This document shows positions 26,697 to 40,681 of a stretch of 64,000 nt of DNA, piece after piece (position 1 is the first letter of the stretch; each line of letters opens with the position of its first letter). Made by a program: the position numbers and the translations under genes. The stretch comes from Octopus vulgaris (lineage: Eukaryota): NCBI GenBank assembly GCA_951406725.2, contig OX597833.1, positions 57,598,001-57,662,000 on the forward strand, in the 5' to 3' direction. The notes under the pieces are model-generated. The model saw only the letters and a list, made by a program, of their open reading frames with translations. It searched no databases and was not told the DNA's origin.

Positions 26697-27894
26697 GGCT
26701 CTATGTAGACGACGGTGAACAGGTGTGGTCGCCGTTTGTGAGGCACGCTTTCCCGCAGCTCGTCTCCATGACCGAACTGCAGTCGTGGATCAAAAAGAGG
26801 CCGAGGAAGGGCGAATGGCACCGCGAGTGTCGCGTTGCTCTCAAGCAACTCTGCCGTCCTGGGTCGACCTTGAGTGACTTCAACACAACCAAAGCATTCT
26901 ATAGGGGTTTAGTGGAGGGGAGGTACGACGACGAGCTCGGGGCGAACCTGGACGTCGACGAGGAGTACCTGACCCGCCTGTTCAGGACGACTTTCGGGCC
27001 AGGGCCCATGGACAACTTCCAGAGATCCCTGGCCTGGCAGTGCTACCGAGAAGCGCTACCCGTTCGGGATAAGCTCTACAGACACGGCTCGAGAAACACG
27101 GGGCCGACCTGCCCGAGATGCGGTCAGAGCGACGAAACCGTTCTGCACGCACTCGTGCAGTGTCCAACAATTTCCGACCTGTGGGCTTATGTCGAACAAC
27201 TGCTGTCACGTGTGGGACGAGTCGGTTTATCAGCTGAGTCTATCGTCAATATTGTCACGCCTCCTTCCTTCAAACGGGAAGGAAGAGCTATTTTCATCAT
27301 CCTTGTGGCTATGGCGAAAGAATGTATCTGGTGGACGCGTCTGAAAGGATTGGAGACAAACACTTTCCTCTCTGGTCAATCTCTCATCAACTTCTTCAAG
27401 TACCACTTTAAAAGGAAAGTGAGAGTAGAGAGGCAAGTTTTGTCTAGCGAATGTTTTAAAAAAAGATGGGTGAATGTAGCAAGAATGGCACGTATGAATG
27501 ACGAAGCCACCTTGAGCATGATCCTATGAACCCAGAAATTGAAAACAGAGAGTTGCTTATTCGCAAAAAAAAAAAAAAAAAAGAAAATATAACATGTGAC
27601 GACTCCATTGACCGAGGTTACCGTGGTCTTTTCCGTAGGCTTTTCTTTCCACGGGTAAACCTCACCTGTCCTCCCCTTTACACTTCATATTGACATTTCT
27701 GTGATAACGATCCCTATTGATCAATTTTTTTTTCCTCTCCCCCTTTTTTTTTTAACCCCCTTTTTTTGTCCTCTTTCTCTCCTTTTACGATCCCTTTTGA
27801 TCGAAACTCCCCCTTCCTTTTTTTTTTTTTTTAAACCTTCAAAAGAAAAGCTCTACCTTGTAATTTGTTCTATCTGTGTGGCTAATAAAGAAAC
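26696..27894 (+). mobile_element. 5'-truncated L1/Tx1-clade LINE (zf-RVT C-terminus plus 3' UTR)
   Basis: Open frame to 27529 with AWQCYREALPVRDKL...CPRCGQSDETVLHALVQC (CCHC); T-rich UTR; AATAAA at 27884; (TATC)n on both flanks. Confidence 0.88.
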
Positions 27895-27947
27895 ATATCT
27901 ATCTATCTATCTATCTATCTATCAATATATTTGAATCTATTTATATA

Positions 27948-28450
<503 letters not shown>

Positions 28451-28510
28451 TATATATATATATAAAAAAAGTGAAGGCGGTGAAAGAGGGAGAGGGAGGG
28501 AGGGAGAGAA

Positions 28511-28546
<36 letters not shown>

Positions 28547-28834
28547 ACAGCCTCCACCGACTGACGAGGCAAGCCGAGCGGTAGGTAACATCCATATGTG
28601 GTTTGTAATATTGACTGTTTATCTCTGACTCTACAAGAATAACAGTAAGCAGCATTAATTCCACTTCGGTCACCGTCGCCGTCTTGCAGAATTCTCTACC
28701 ACAGCTGCTTATCTGCCATCCTTTGGACCGGCAGAGACCGACTGGAATATTATGACACGTTTGTCTAATCCGTTCACCTTACATCGGAAACACAGCATTA
28801 ACCGCTCTCGTCTGCTCCCTGGTTATCTCTCTGC

Positions 28835-28925
<91 letters not shown>

Positions 28926-29101
28926 GTTAGCTAGCTAGCTAGCTACCTTCCTACCTATCTATCCATCTGACTGTGTCTAAACGTATATATGTAGGTATAT
29001 ATATACGTTTAGACATATATATATATCTATTTGAGTGTTTTGCGTGCGTGTCTTGTCCCATTTTGTATTTTTATATATATTTTTTTATACATATATATAT
29101 G

Positions 29102-29168
<67 letters not shown>

Positions 29169-29237
29169 GTATACATATATGTGTGTGTGTGTGTGTATAT
29201 ATATATATGTATGTGTATATGTATATATGTCTGTGTG

Positions 29238-29271
<34 letters not shown>

Positions 29272-29288
29272 TATATACATATATATAT

Positions 29289-29416
<128 letters not shown>

Positions 29417-29510
29417 GCACACACACACACACACATACGGATATGAATATATGCGGAGATACACACAATTATATTTATGTTTGTAAGTGATAATTATAAA
29501 TTTAGTTATA

Positions 29511-30370
29511 CGTGGTCTGATCAATAAATAGTCGGACTGTTGCTATAGTAACAAAGCTAAACCATGCAGAGTAAAGCCGCTTGATACAGATTGACCTTAA
29601 ACTCTACTGTGCATGCGCACTAAGTATTAACGTTCTAGCTCACTTCCGCTGTTTACAGCAGTGCTTGGAAGGAAGGTGTGTAGCGTGTGATCGTCGCACT
29701 GACCATGACAGAGAAAGTTGAGCAGGGAATCTGCACCAAATTTTGCCAAAAGCTTGGTGATTCCTGCTCAGAGACCAACGCAATGATTTCAAAATTTTTC
29801 ATTGTTATCTACACAATCATGGAGATTTTTGTGCAGCTGAAACCGGAGTGTCTTTTTGGTCAGCTGAAAGCAGTTTTGGCACCAACTTGACAGACACGCG
29901 TCTCATACCCAAATCTTCAGTGATAATGGACTGAACTGAACCGTAACTAATTTGCATATCCTCTGACAACTCACGGATGGTGACTCGATGATTTCCCCTC
30001 CCAACTGCACACACATCTGCGATGTTTTTCTCAGTTCTGCTGGTTCCGGGTCTCCCAGTACGTTTGTCAATATCGACATTTTTTTTCAGCCATCTAGCAG
30101 CCGTATGAACCACTCGTACGCTTGTGTGCGACTCATACACTCCTCACCATACACTTTCTGCAACTTTGCGTAGGCCTCTGAGCAGGTATCGCCATAACAA
30201 CTTTCTCTGTCATGGTCAATGCGACGATCACATGCTATGCACGTTACTTCCAAGGACTGCTGTAAAAAACAGAACAGAGCTAGAAATTCGAAACTTAGTG
30301 CCATATACAGGCAGTGTGTGTCAAGCGGTTTCTGTCTGCAACTTTCGTTACTATGGCCATAGTCCTACTC
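29511..30370. mobile_element. Rearranged mariner derivative: two 5' ends in inverted orientation
   Basis: Plus: TA-CGTGGTCTGATCAATAA, UTR, MTEKVEQGICTKFC. Minus (30370 to ~29817): homologous UTR, MTEKV, ...GRPGTSRT...TIRELSEDMQISYGSVQSIITEDLGMRRVSVKLVPKLL. Confidence 0.85.
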
Positions 30371-30620
30371 TTACTCTTTACTCTTTTACTTGTTTCAGTC
30401 ATTTGACTGCGGCCATGCTGGAGCACCGTCTTTAGTCGAGCAAATCGACCCCGGGACTTATTCTTTTGTAAGCCCAGTACTTATTCTATCGGTCTCTTTT
30501 GCCGAACCGCTAAGTGACGGGGACATAAACACACCAGCATCGGTTGTCAAGCAATGTTGGGGGGACAAACACAGACACACAAACACATATACACACATAT
30601 ATATATATACACATATATAC
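30368..30620 (-). mobile_element. SINE A 3' half
   Basis: Tail and body match family A; head is absent where the RTE fragment begins. Confidence 0.85.
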
Positions 30621-30901
30621 AACAGGAAACTACCGCCTGTGTCATCTCCTGTGAAAGGTAGGAGAGTCCAGTTTGCTGGACATTGTTGTAGAGCTGAAAA
30701 CGAGGTAATTTATCCTCTTCTCTTCTGGAAGCCATCTACTTTCAATACAAGAGGGCGCACACTCTCCTACCCTGATGTAATCTCCAGCGATACAGGCATC
30801 CAGCAACAGGACCTCCGTAATGCTATGATGGACCGTGAAGTCTGGCGTAGCATGGTAAATTCCATTGTCTCGACCACGCTCGAACGATGATGATGATGAT
30901 G
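30621..30901 (+). mobile_element. RTE-clade LINE 3' end
   Basis: RRVQFAGHCCRAENE...LLFWKP...RGR...NAMMDREVWR, stop, then (GAT)n tail. Confidence 0.85.
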
Positions 30902-31141
30902 CTGTATTTATCACTTATTTTTAGCCCCAAATACTTCGTTAATGATGTTATTTTCGTTTTCTGTCATTAACTATCTGAAAGTCATTCTGTCGATCCGTTT
31001 AGCCCAAACGCTAAGTTACGAGTACGCAAACGAACCAACACCGGTGCACCAGCACCGAACCAACACTAAAGGCGGTGCTCCAGCATGGCCGCAGTCAAAT
31101 GACTGAAACAAGCAAAAGAGTAAAGAGTATATATATATATA

Positions 31142-31531
31142 CTAGCAGTATCGCCCGGCGTTGCTCGGGTTTGTAAGGGAAATAACTATACAGCATTTTT
31201 AGAGAGTTATAGCCAAAAAATAGCAAAAAATGCATTAAAAATGGAAAAAATATGATGGTAAATTTTTTAAAAAATCGTTGACTCACCGTAGACATTTTTA
31301 GAGAGTTACTTCCCTTTAAAAAAATATGCATGAAAATGGAAAAAAATGATGATAAATTATTTTTTAAATCGTAGACTCATCGTAGACGCGCGCTAATACC
31401 CAGAAGGGCTCGATATGAATCACGACTATAAGATACCCGGTTTTGGTTAAACTGCACCGCAAAATGTGGGAGTAGTTAGGAATCTAAATCGAAGGGGACA
31501 GACACTCACACAACTACAGTTTTATATATAA

Positions 31532-31534
<3 letters not shown>
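31142..31534 (-). mobile_element. Non-autonomous Helitron, copy 2
   Basis: Same TC and hairpin-CTAG termini as 8802-9201, with differently duplicated internal segments. Confidence 0.85.
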
Positions 31535-31574
<40 letters not shown>

Positions 31575-31575
<1 letters not shown>

Positions 31576-32400
31576 TTTATTCTTTTAGCTTTTTTCTGTC
31601 ATTTGACTACGGCCATGCTGGAGCACCGCCTTGAAGTGTTTTAGTCGAACAAATCGAAGGACTAATGTTTTAAAGCCTAGTACTTATTCTATCGGTCTCT
31701 TTTTCCGAACCGGTAAATTACGAGGACGAAAACGCACCAACATCGGCTGTCAAGCGGTGATGGGAGGTTAAACACACACACAAAGGCACATCCAGATATA
31801 TACGTATACATACGGAGTTCTTTCAGTTTCCGTCAATCAAATCCACTCACAAGCCTTTGGTCGGCCCATGGCTATAGTAGAAGACACTACTATAGTAGTG
31901 ACTCGCAGTGGGACTGAACCCAAGACCATGTGGTTGGGAAGTAAGCTTCTTACCTCAAAGCTACATATCTATACATGAAGTATGATACATGGATGACTAT
32001 ATATTCCAATTTTTTCGGGCTATATATTGTCTGTTAGCCAGTGTAAGAACAGCGGCTTTTATGATCCTTTACAGGACTTCCGAGTTTGGTAGAAGGGAAG
32101 GGCAAAAGACAATCCTTTCGGCTGGAGACATGGTCCAACAGTTTGCAACAGATTGAGCTCTTTTTTCTTTTACTCTTTTACTTGTTTCAGTTATTTGACT
32201 GCGGCCATGCTGGAGCACCGCCTTTAATCGAGCAACTCGACCCCGGGACTTATTTTTTTGTAAGCCCAGTACTTATTCTATTGGTCTCTTTTGCCGAACC
32301 GCTAAGTAACGGGGACATAAACACACCAGGATCGGTTGTCAAGCAATGCTAGAGGGACAAACACAGACACACAAACATATACACACACATACATATATAT

Positions 32401-32447
<47 letters not shown>

Positions 32448-32610
32448 TACGACGGGCTTCTTTCAGTTTCCGTCTACCAAATCCACTCACAAGGCTTTGG
32501 TCGGCCCGAGGCTATAGCAGAAGACACTTGCCCAAGATGCCACGCAGTGGGACTGAACCCGGAACCATGTGGTTGGTAAACAAGCTACTTACCACACAGC
32601 CACTCCTGCG
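31575..32610 (-). mobile_element. Two SINE A copies (31575-31960 old; 32160-32610 young)
   Basis: Family A head and tail on the minus strand. Confidence 0.88.
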
Positions 32611-32953
32611 TCAAAAAAAGAAGAAGAAGAAAAGAACCAAGGGTCAAGTTACAGTATTTAACTAGGCGACGGATCAAGTCTATCACACAAGGAAAGGAAG
32701 AGTGCTTCCGGTCGGCTTCCATACAATTTCTGCTTACCAAATCTCACTGACAAGGTTTTGGTCCTGTCTGCTATAAAAAGAAAACATTCGTTTGTGTCCT
32801 ACCGTTTCGTATCGAGCCTACGACTACGTTGTTACGAAGCAAAATTCCTAGCCTCATAGCCATTGCTTATGTATAGGAATGGTATGTACAACGAATTCAG
32901 CCATGGTAGTCTTACATCATTTTTCTTCAGCCCCGTTGTTCGATCGTCTAATT

Positions 32954-33482
32954 CAGTGCTTTTCAAACTTTTTGCTGGAGCGGAAACCCAAGGAAACATT
33001 CCACTGGTTCGAGGATCCCCTGTGCAATAATTTAATAGTCTTATGCACACATAGGCGCAGGAGTGGCTGTGTGGTAAGTAGCTTGCTACCAACCACATGT
33101 CGTATATATGTATATATATATATATATATATAAGTGTGTGTGTATATGTTTGTGTGTCTGTGTTTGTCCCCCTAGCATTGCTTGACAACCGATGCTGGTG
33201 TGTTTACGTCCCCGTCACTTAGCGGTTCGGCAAAAGAGACCGATAGAATAAGTACTGGGCTTACAAAAGAATAAGTCCCGGGGTCGATTTGCTCGACTAA
33301 AGGCGGTGCTCCAGCATGGCCGCAGTCAAATGACTGAAACAAGTAACAGAGTAAAGAGAGATATCTGCACAGGAGACTTAAAAATTACTGCCGATTTTAG
33401 CAGTTTTGTAACTTCTTGCGGAACCCCTGGACTGTACTGGCGGAACCCTAAGGTTCCGCGGAACCCTGGTTGAAAACCACAG
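32954..33482. mobile_element. hAT (Charlie-like) MITE with a nested, internally deleted SINE A (33053-33360)
   Basis: TIRs CAGTGCTTTTCAA / TTGAAAACCACAG; perfect 8-bp TSD GTCTAATT at 32946-32953 and 33483-33490. Confidence 0.88.
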
Positions 33483-33957
33483 GTCTAATTACTCGCCTGT
33501 GTACTAGTCTGTCTATCAGTTTATCCGTCTGTCTGCTTGTATGTCTACCAGCCCGTCTTCTGTCTGTTAGACTGTCTGTCAGTCTGTATGTCTCCATCTT
33601 GCCGCCATGAAACAAACACACTTTGTACTGTTTATTTCGAAATTAACAATCGGATTTGAACTCTTGCTTTATAGGACACCGTTATGAAACTGTTCCCTAC
33701 TGTTTGTTTATTGCACAACCGTTTTCAAACACACACGTACACACGTACACACACACACACACACACACGCGCAAAGACATCTACGTATACAGGCATATAC
33801 TGACGAATAGAAAAAAATGTGACATGCAAAAATCAGACTCGCAAACGCGCGCATATTCACAGACATGGGCAAAACTAAGACAAGCACGTATACAAACACA
33901 TATTTTGACACAAACCATACCCACCTCCCACATACACATACACATACACCTACGCAT

Positions 33958-34013
<56 letters not shown>

Positions 34014-34032
34014 ACACAGACACACACACACA

Positions 34033-34085
<53 letters not shown>

Positions 34086-34087
34086 AG

Positions 34088-34125
<38 letters not shown>

Positions 34126-34165
34126 TAATGTACCTTCACGTTTATTTACAATATACAACTTAACA

Positions 34166-34554
34166 GGAGGCGCAATGGCCCAGTGGTTAGGGCAGCGGAC
34201 TCGCGGTCATAGGATCGCGGTTTCGATTCCCAGACCGGGCGTTGTGAATGTTTATTGAGCGAAAACACCTAAAGCTCCACGAGGCTCCGGCAGGGGATGG
34301 TGGTGATCCCTGCTGTACTCTTTCACCACAACTTTCTCTCACTCTTACTTCCTTTTTCTGTTGTACCTGTATTTCAAAAGGGCCGGCCTTGTCGTCACTC
34401 TCTGTGTCACGCTGAATATCCCCGAGAACTACGTTAAGGGTACACGTGTCTGTGGAGTGCTCAGCCACTTACACGTTAATTTCACGAGCAGGCTGTTCCG
34501 TTGATTCGGATCAACCAGAACCCTCGTCGTCGTAACCGACGGAGTGCTTCCACC
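34166..34554 (+). mobile_element. Full-length tRNA-derived SINE C
   Basis: GGAGGCGCAATGGCCCAGTGGTTAGG head; TSD ACAACTTAACAG at 34155 and 34555. Confidence 0.92.
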
Positions 34555-34682
34555 ACAACTTAACAGAACTCGCTGCATATCATATTTACCACGTGGTTCA
34601 CTATGCAAAACAGGAACGTGGCCTCTGGATAAACAAGGCAGGGCGAGCTTAAACACGGCGAAGACTATTGCTCTTCTACTCG

Positions 34683-35943
34683 TTTTCACGAGAGCCACAA
34701 AGCCTGAAATTTGTGGTGAGGCAGATAGTCGAATACATTGATCCTGGTATTCAACTGGTACCTATTTCATCGACTGTAGAAGCACAATGGCCCAGTGGTT
34801 AGGGCAGCGGACTCGCGGTCGTAGGATCGCGGTTTCGATTCTCAGACCGGGCGTTGTGAATGTTTATTGAGCGAAAAACACTTAAAGCTCTACGAGGCAC
34901 CGACAAGAGATGGTGGCGAACCTTGCTGTATTCTTTCACGTGTGTACGTGTGAGTGTGTGTATGAGAGAGACAGAGAGGAGAGAGCTGCGGTGTGAGGTA
35001 GACAGAGCAAGAGAAGAAGCAAAGACAGGAAAACTGGGTTTTCTTTCATTCAATCCCATGTGAGTGGATATCGGCCATTGATACAGTTGTTACTTCTATG
35101 ATTAAGAGGACGAGCTGGCGAAGCGAGTTGTTAGCGCAGCAGATAAAATGCTTAACTGCAAATTCCAATTTCCTCCGAGATCGCCTTTGCTTTTTGGAGT
35201 CGACGAAATTACTACGGCACTCCGTCGGTTTCGACGACGCGGGTTCCAGTTGATCCGAACCAACGGAACAGCCTGTTCGTGAAAATAACGTGCAAGTGGC
35301 TGAGCACTCCACAGACACGTATACCTATTTCTTTATTACCCACAAGGAGCTAAACACAGAGGGGAAAAACAAGGACAGACATAGGTATTAAGTCGATTAC
35401 ATCGACCCCAGTGCGTAACTGGTACTTAATTTATCGACCCCCGAAAGGATGAAAGGCAAAGTCGACCTTGGCGGAATTCGAACTCACAACGTAACGCAGA
35501 CGAAATAACGCTAAGCATTTCGCCCGGCGTGCTAACGTTTCTGAGTAACCACCTCAGACACGTATACCCTTAACGTAGTTCTCGGGGAGCTTCAGGGAGA
35601 CAGGGTGGAACAAGGCTGTCCCTTTGAAATACAGATACAACAGAAACAGGAAGAAAGAGTGAGAGAGAGAGAGAGAGAGAGTTGTGGTGAAAGAATACAC
35701 CAAGCTTCGCCACCATCTCTTGTTGGAGCCTCGTAGAGCTTTAAGTGTTTTTCTCTCAATAAACATTCACAACGCCCGGTCTGAGAATCGAAACCGCGAT
35801 CCTACGACCGCGAGTCCGCTGCCCGAACCACTGGGCCATTGTGCCTCTATAGTCGATGAAATAGGTACCAGTTGAATACCAGGATCAATGTATTCGACTA
35901 TCTGCCTCACCACAAATTTCAGGCTTTGTGGATCTCGTGAAAA
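34683..35943. repeat. ~257-bp inverted duplication (34683-34939 / 35687-35943) of a SINE B/SINE C junction
   Basis: Both arms carry the same old SINE B fragment fused to the same SINE C head with shared private substitutions. Confidence 0.88.
35215..35849 (-). mobile_element. SINE C interrupted by SINE B (~35326-35545)
   Basis: TSD CAGACACGTATACC at ~35312 and ~35556. Confidence 0.85.
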
Positions 35944-36267
35944 GGATAATTATTTCTATGATCAAAGTTAGTGCAATGGAAGAATCGTTAAAACATTCAA
36001 ACAAAATAGATTGCGCTATTTGTTCCGGATCTTCACATTCTAGGTTCAAATCTTGCCGAGGTCGACATTGCTTTTCATTATTTCGGGTTGGATAAAATAA
36101 AGGTGCTGCGTGATAAAAAGCTTGCTTTCCAACCACATGGTTCCAGTATCAGTCCCACTGCGTGGAACCTTGCGAAAGTGCCTTTTACTATAGGCCCGAG
36201 CCGACCAAAGACTTGTGGATGGATTTGGTAGACGGAACCTGAAAGAAGCCCGTCGTATATATATATA

Positions 36268-36670
36268 TCTCTATATATAAAACTGAAATGCGTTTTTACC
36301 GCTTGGTTCGCTTTCAATGCCACTACATCCCGTCCGATTCGCTCCAAAATTTACACGGACATGTAGAATGAGGTGACGATGCGCGTGGGCTACCTTAGAA
36401 ATCCCTAGTTGCTAGGGGCCATCTTCCTACCTCACCCTATTTCCTCCAGTACTCTGTCACTCCTCTTCATTTGACAATGCAACTATCGTTATTTAATGTA
36501 AAGTCTTCCTCAAATCACTCTGTAGCTATTTACTCTCTTCCAAGAACATTTTCACTCACTCTATCTCTTACCTTCCTATACATTTTACTCATGTATCTCT
36601 CAGCGTTCATGGACAGTAACAAATATTACTCGCCATCCCCATCGCCATCGCATTCTATTGTCTACCTGTC

Positions 36671-36711
<41 letters not shown>

Positions 36712-36908
36712 CTCTATATATAAAACTGAAATGCGTTTTTACCGCTTGGTTCGCTTTCAATGCCACTACATCCCGTCCGATTCGCTCCAAAATTTACAGG
36801 GACATGTAGAATGAGGTGACGATGCGCGTGGGCTACCTTACAAATCCCTATCTTAAAAGGTGTGGTTGCTAGGGGCCATCTTCCTACCTCACCCTATTTC
36901 CTCCAGTA
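36268..36908 (+). mobile_element. Two direct copies of a Helitron-like 5' end (36268-36451, 36711-36908)
   Basis: Both begin TCTCTATATATAAAACTGAAATGCG after an A; the second has a short extra segment and runs into the gap. Confidence 0.55.
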
Positions 36909-37008
36909 NNNNNNNNNNNNNNNNNNNNNNNNNNNNNNNNNNNNNNNNNNNNNNNNNNNNNNNNNNNNNNNNNNNNNNNNNNNNNNNNNNNNNNNNNNNN
37001 NNNNNNNN
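36909..37008. other. Assembly gap (100 N)
   Basis: Direct reading. Confidence 1.
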
Positions 37009-37318
37009 TATGTGTATGAGTGTACGAATGAGAGTGTGTGTGCGTGCTAATGAGTGTGCGTGCGTGAATGAGTGCTTGTGCTCAAGTAGAAAGATAAAAG
37101 GGACTAGCCAAGATGTTTGTGACCAGCGGTCAAAGATAACAAAAGTAATAAATGAAGATAATAAAATTAAAATTAGGGAATGGGTTTGTAATTGTATGTA
37201 TATATGTGTGTATGTGTAGGTATGAATAGGTACACATATGTATGTATGTATGTGTATATATATGTATGTGTGTGTGTGTGTATACATACATATATGTGTA
37301 TGGATGGGTACACATATG

Positions 37319-37385
<67 letters not shown>

Positions 37386-37595
37386 ATACATACATATATG
37401 TGTATATGTATATATGAGTATATAGGGACTTGTGTGTTGTGTGTGCATGTGTGTATGTGGATATGTGTGTGTATGTGAGTATGTGTATGTGTGTGTATGT
37501 ATATATTTTTTTGTGTGTATGTGTATGTGTGGTCGTGTGTGTGTGTATATATACATGTGTGTGTATATGTATATGCATGTATGTGTGTATGTATG

Positions 37596-37632
<37 letters not shown>

Positions 37633-37935
37633 GTAGATATATGTATATGTGTGTGTGTGTATGTATGGGTGTGTGTGTGTATGTATGTGTGTATGTATAT
37701 GTGTGTGTGTTGAGAATTTCCTTATTTACCTAAAACTCTATTCTTCTATATAATTTTATATTTTTTTATTCTTTTTTTATTCTTTTATTTATTCTTCTAT
37801 CTAATTTACCACTGACTCCTTGACCACTCCCCCAAGTACGATTTTTTTGCGCTATGCCTACCCCCAAAAAGTCCCCCACCACCACCCCTATAAACCTGCC
37901 TAAATGTATAAATGCCAATACAATTCTTGTTAACT

Positions 37936-37986
37936 AGCTTCCTGAAGATTTCTCTTGAATGAAACAGTTCTAGTCCTGTAGAAGCT
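37936..37986 (+). ncRNA. Type I hammerhead ribozyme, canonical core
   Basis: AGCTTC-CTGAAGA-T.TTC.TCTT.GAA.T-GAAA-CAG.TTCTAGTC.CTG-TA-GAAGCT; identical copy at 62878-62928. Confidence 0.8.
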
Positions 37987-37996
37987 CCTTCTATAT

Positions 37997-38059
<63 letters not shown>

Positions 38060-39389
38060 CATGTATATATATATATATGTATGTATGTATGTATATTTAT
38101 ATACATACACATATATATATATATATACATACACACACACTCATATATATATATATATATGCATATATGTATGTATATATGTATGTATATATATATATAT
38201 ACATACATACGCGCGCGCACACACACACATACACATAGTGTAGATAATTCTGGTTTCACGACTGTGAGACCATTGTGTGAGTGAGGCGAAGAGTAAACTA
38301 TAATATTTGTATTTGGATGTGTGTGTGTGTGTGTGTGTGTATGTAATATGCATATATAAACCTATATGTAAATATATATATTTATATGTACACAAATTCA
38401 TATGTATATATATATATATTCACATATTATATATATATGTTTGTGTGTATGTGTGTGTGAATATATATGTATAACCACCATTGTATCCTACAACAGGATT
38501 TATATGTGTGTGTGTGTGTGTGTGTGTTTAATTTCCATCACTTCAGTTGTAACTCGTATGAAAACCCTTTGCACACGCAAGCAAAACTCAGAGTGACTCG
38601 GCTAAAATAAAATTATTAATAATATCGTTCTATGATATTGAGTATTCTTTCTTCCGATCGTCAGCATTAAACGTATATAGACATTCATTTATCCAAACCT
38701 GACATTTCTGTCCCTTATCACACAGAGTTTCCCGTTTCTGTTTATCCCTGCGACACGCTGTACAAAACAGAAGCATCCCCCATCACCACCCACACACACA
38801 CACGCACACACATGTCTGTACGTCATGTGCCACTGTAAACCAGTGTTAAAAAAAAGAAAAGAATGAGTTAATGTCAACCTGCCGACACACGACTAAATCT
38901 CTCCCATGGGAATTTCCAAGAAAAGTTCCTCGCTCCCACACACGACAACAGGAAATTGACGTTCCAAACCGCTTACACCGCTTGTAATAATTCTATTGCT
39001 TTCAAACTCATTATCCCCACCTCTCTCTCTCTCTCTCTCTCTCGCACACGCACAAAACACGCTTGTACATATTTACCTAGACTTCTCACCACGAACCAAC
39101 CAACCCCGCTTGAGCATTGCCTCCGGCCATGAAGCTCTCAGGAACAACATGTGGCCTAAAGTAATACACACAATGATTCTTCTCAACCTTAGGATACGTG
39201 TTATTTTAACTTTGACTGTAAAGTTATTTCTTAAGTAGAAATATTTGCCTACACAACTTGTGAGGCTATATACACACACACACACCAATTACTCATATTT
39301 TTGTGTTTAGGTTTCTACGAGTCTATAAAATGTGTGTATACACACATACACACACGTACACACGTACACACACACACAAACACACATAT

Positions 39390-39589
39390 ATCTTTTACTC
39401 TTTTACTTATTTCAGTCATTTTACTGTGGCCATGCTGGAGCACTGCCTTTAATCGAGCAAATCGACCCCAGGACTTTGTAAGCCTAGTATTTATTCTATC
39501 GGGCTCTTTTGACGAACCGCTAAGTTACGGGGACGTAAACACACCAGCATCGGTTGTCAAGCGATGTTGAGGGGACAATCACAGACACA

Positions 39590-39650
<61 letters not shown>

Positions 39651-39819
39651 ATATATACGACGGGCTTCTTTCAGTTTCCGTCTACAAAATCCACTCACAA
39701 GGCTTTGGTCGGCGCGAGGCTATAGTAGAAGACACTTGCCCAAGGTGCCACGCAACGGGACTGAACCCGGAACCATGTGGTTCGTAAGCAAGCTACTTAC
39801 CACACAGCCACTCCTACGC

Positions 39820-39822
<3 letters not shown>
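39390..39822 (-). mobile_element. SINE A
   Basis: Family A head and tail. Confidence 0.9.
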
Positions 39823-39857
<35 letters not shown>

Positions 39858-40597
39858 GAAAAATAGGATAAAATCTTTATAAGAATTTATCAAGTAGTTA
39901 GCGTGAAAAAAACCTCATAAGGCAAAAATCCATCAACTTTTCCTCTTAAATAAGGTGCAGCTGAATTCTGTTTTCAAAATGCTCGCTTCGAGAGCTGCAT
40001 TCCCCCGTATTCGGTACAATGTGTTTATTTATTTTGGTAGTTTTGACTTTAAGAGTCTCTCCTAGCGTGAGGCATTTATGTATAGTAATGCCCTTAATAT
40101 AAATATTTATACATATATATATGCAGTGTGTTAGATGCTTGCTGTGTATAAATTATAAGGTTTGATAACTGCATGTTTTTAAGTCTCACTGTGAAATAAG
40201 GCCGAAGAGGTGTTTATATTGGCCTGGTTTGTTGGCACCCTTCTTTAGAAACCCGAAGATTTATTCGTTTACTAAAGTCTCCATCCATATCGATAGTCAC
40301 ATGCACACACACACATACACACACACATACACACACACATACACACACACATATGTGCGTGTGTATATGTGTGTGAGTGTGCATATTTATGTATTTATAT
40401 GTGTGTGTGTGTGTGTATGTGTGTAAATGAACATATGTGTATGTATATGATGTGAAAAATGTCCAGTTCCTTGGGTTTGTGTCTATGTTTTCGTTTCTCA
40501 TTGTGTTCGACGTTTTTTTTGGTGTCCTGTACTCATATATGCGTGTATATATACATGTAGAGGTAGGTACGTATATATATGTATATATATATGCATA

Positions 40598-40658
<61 letters not shown>

Positions 40659-40681
40659 TATAGTCATATGCACACATTCAT

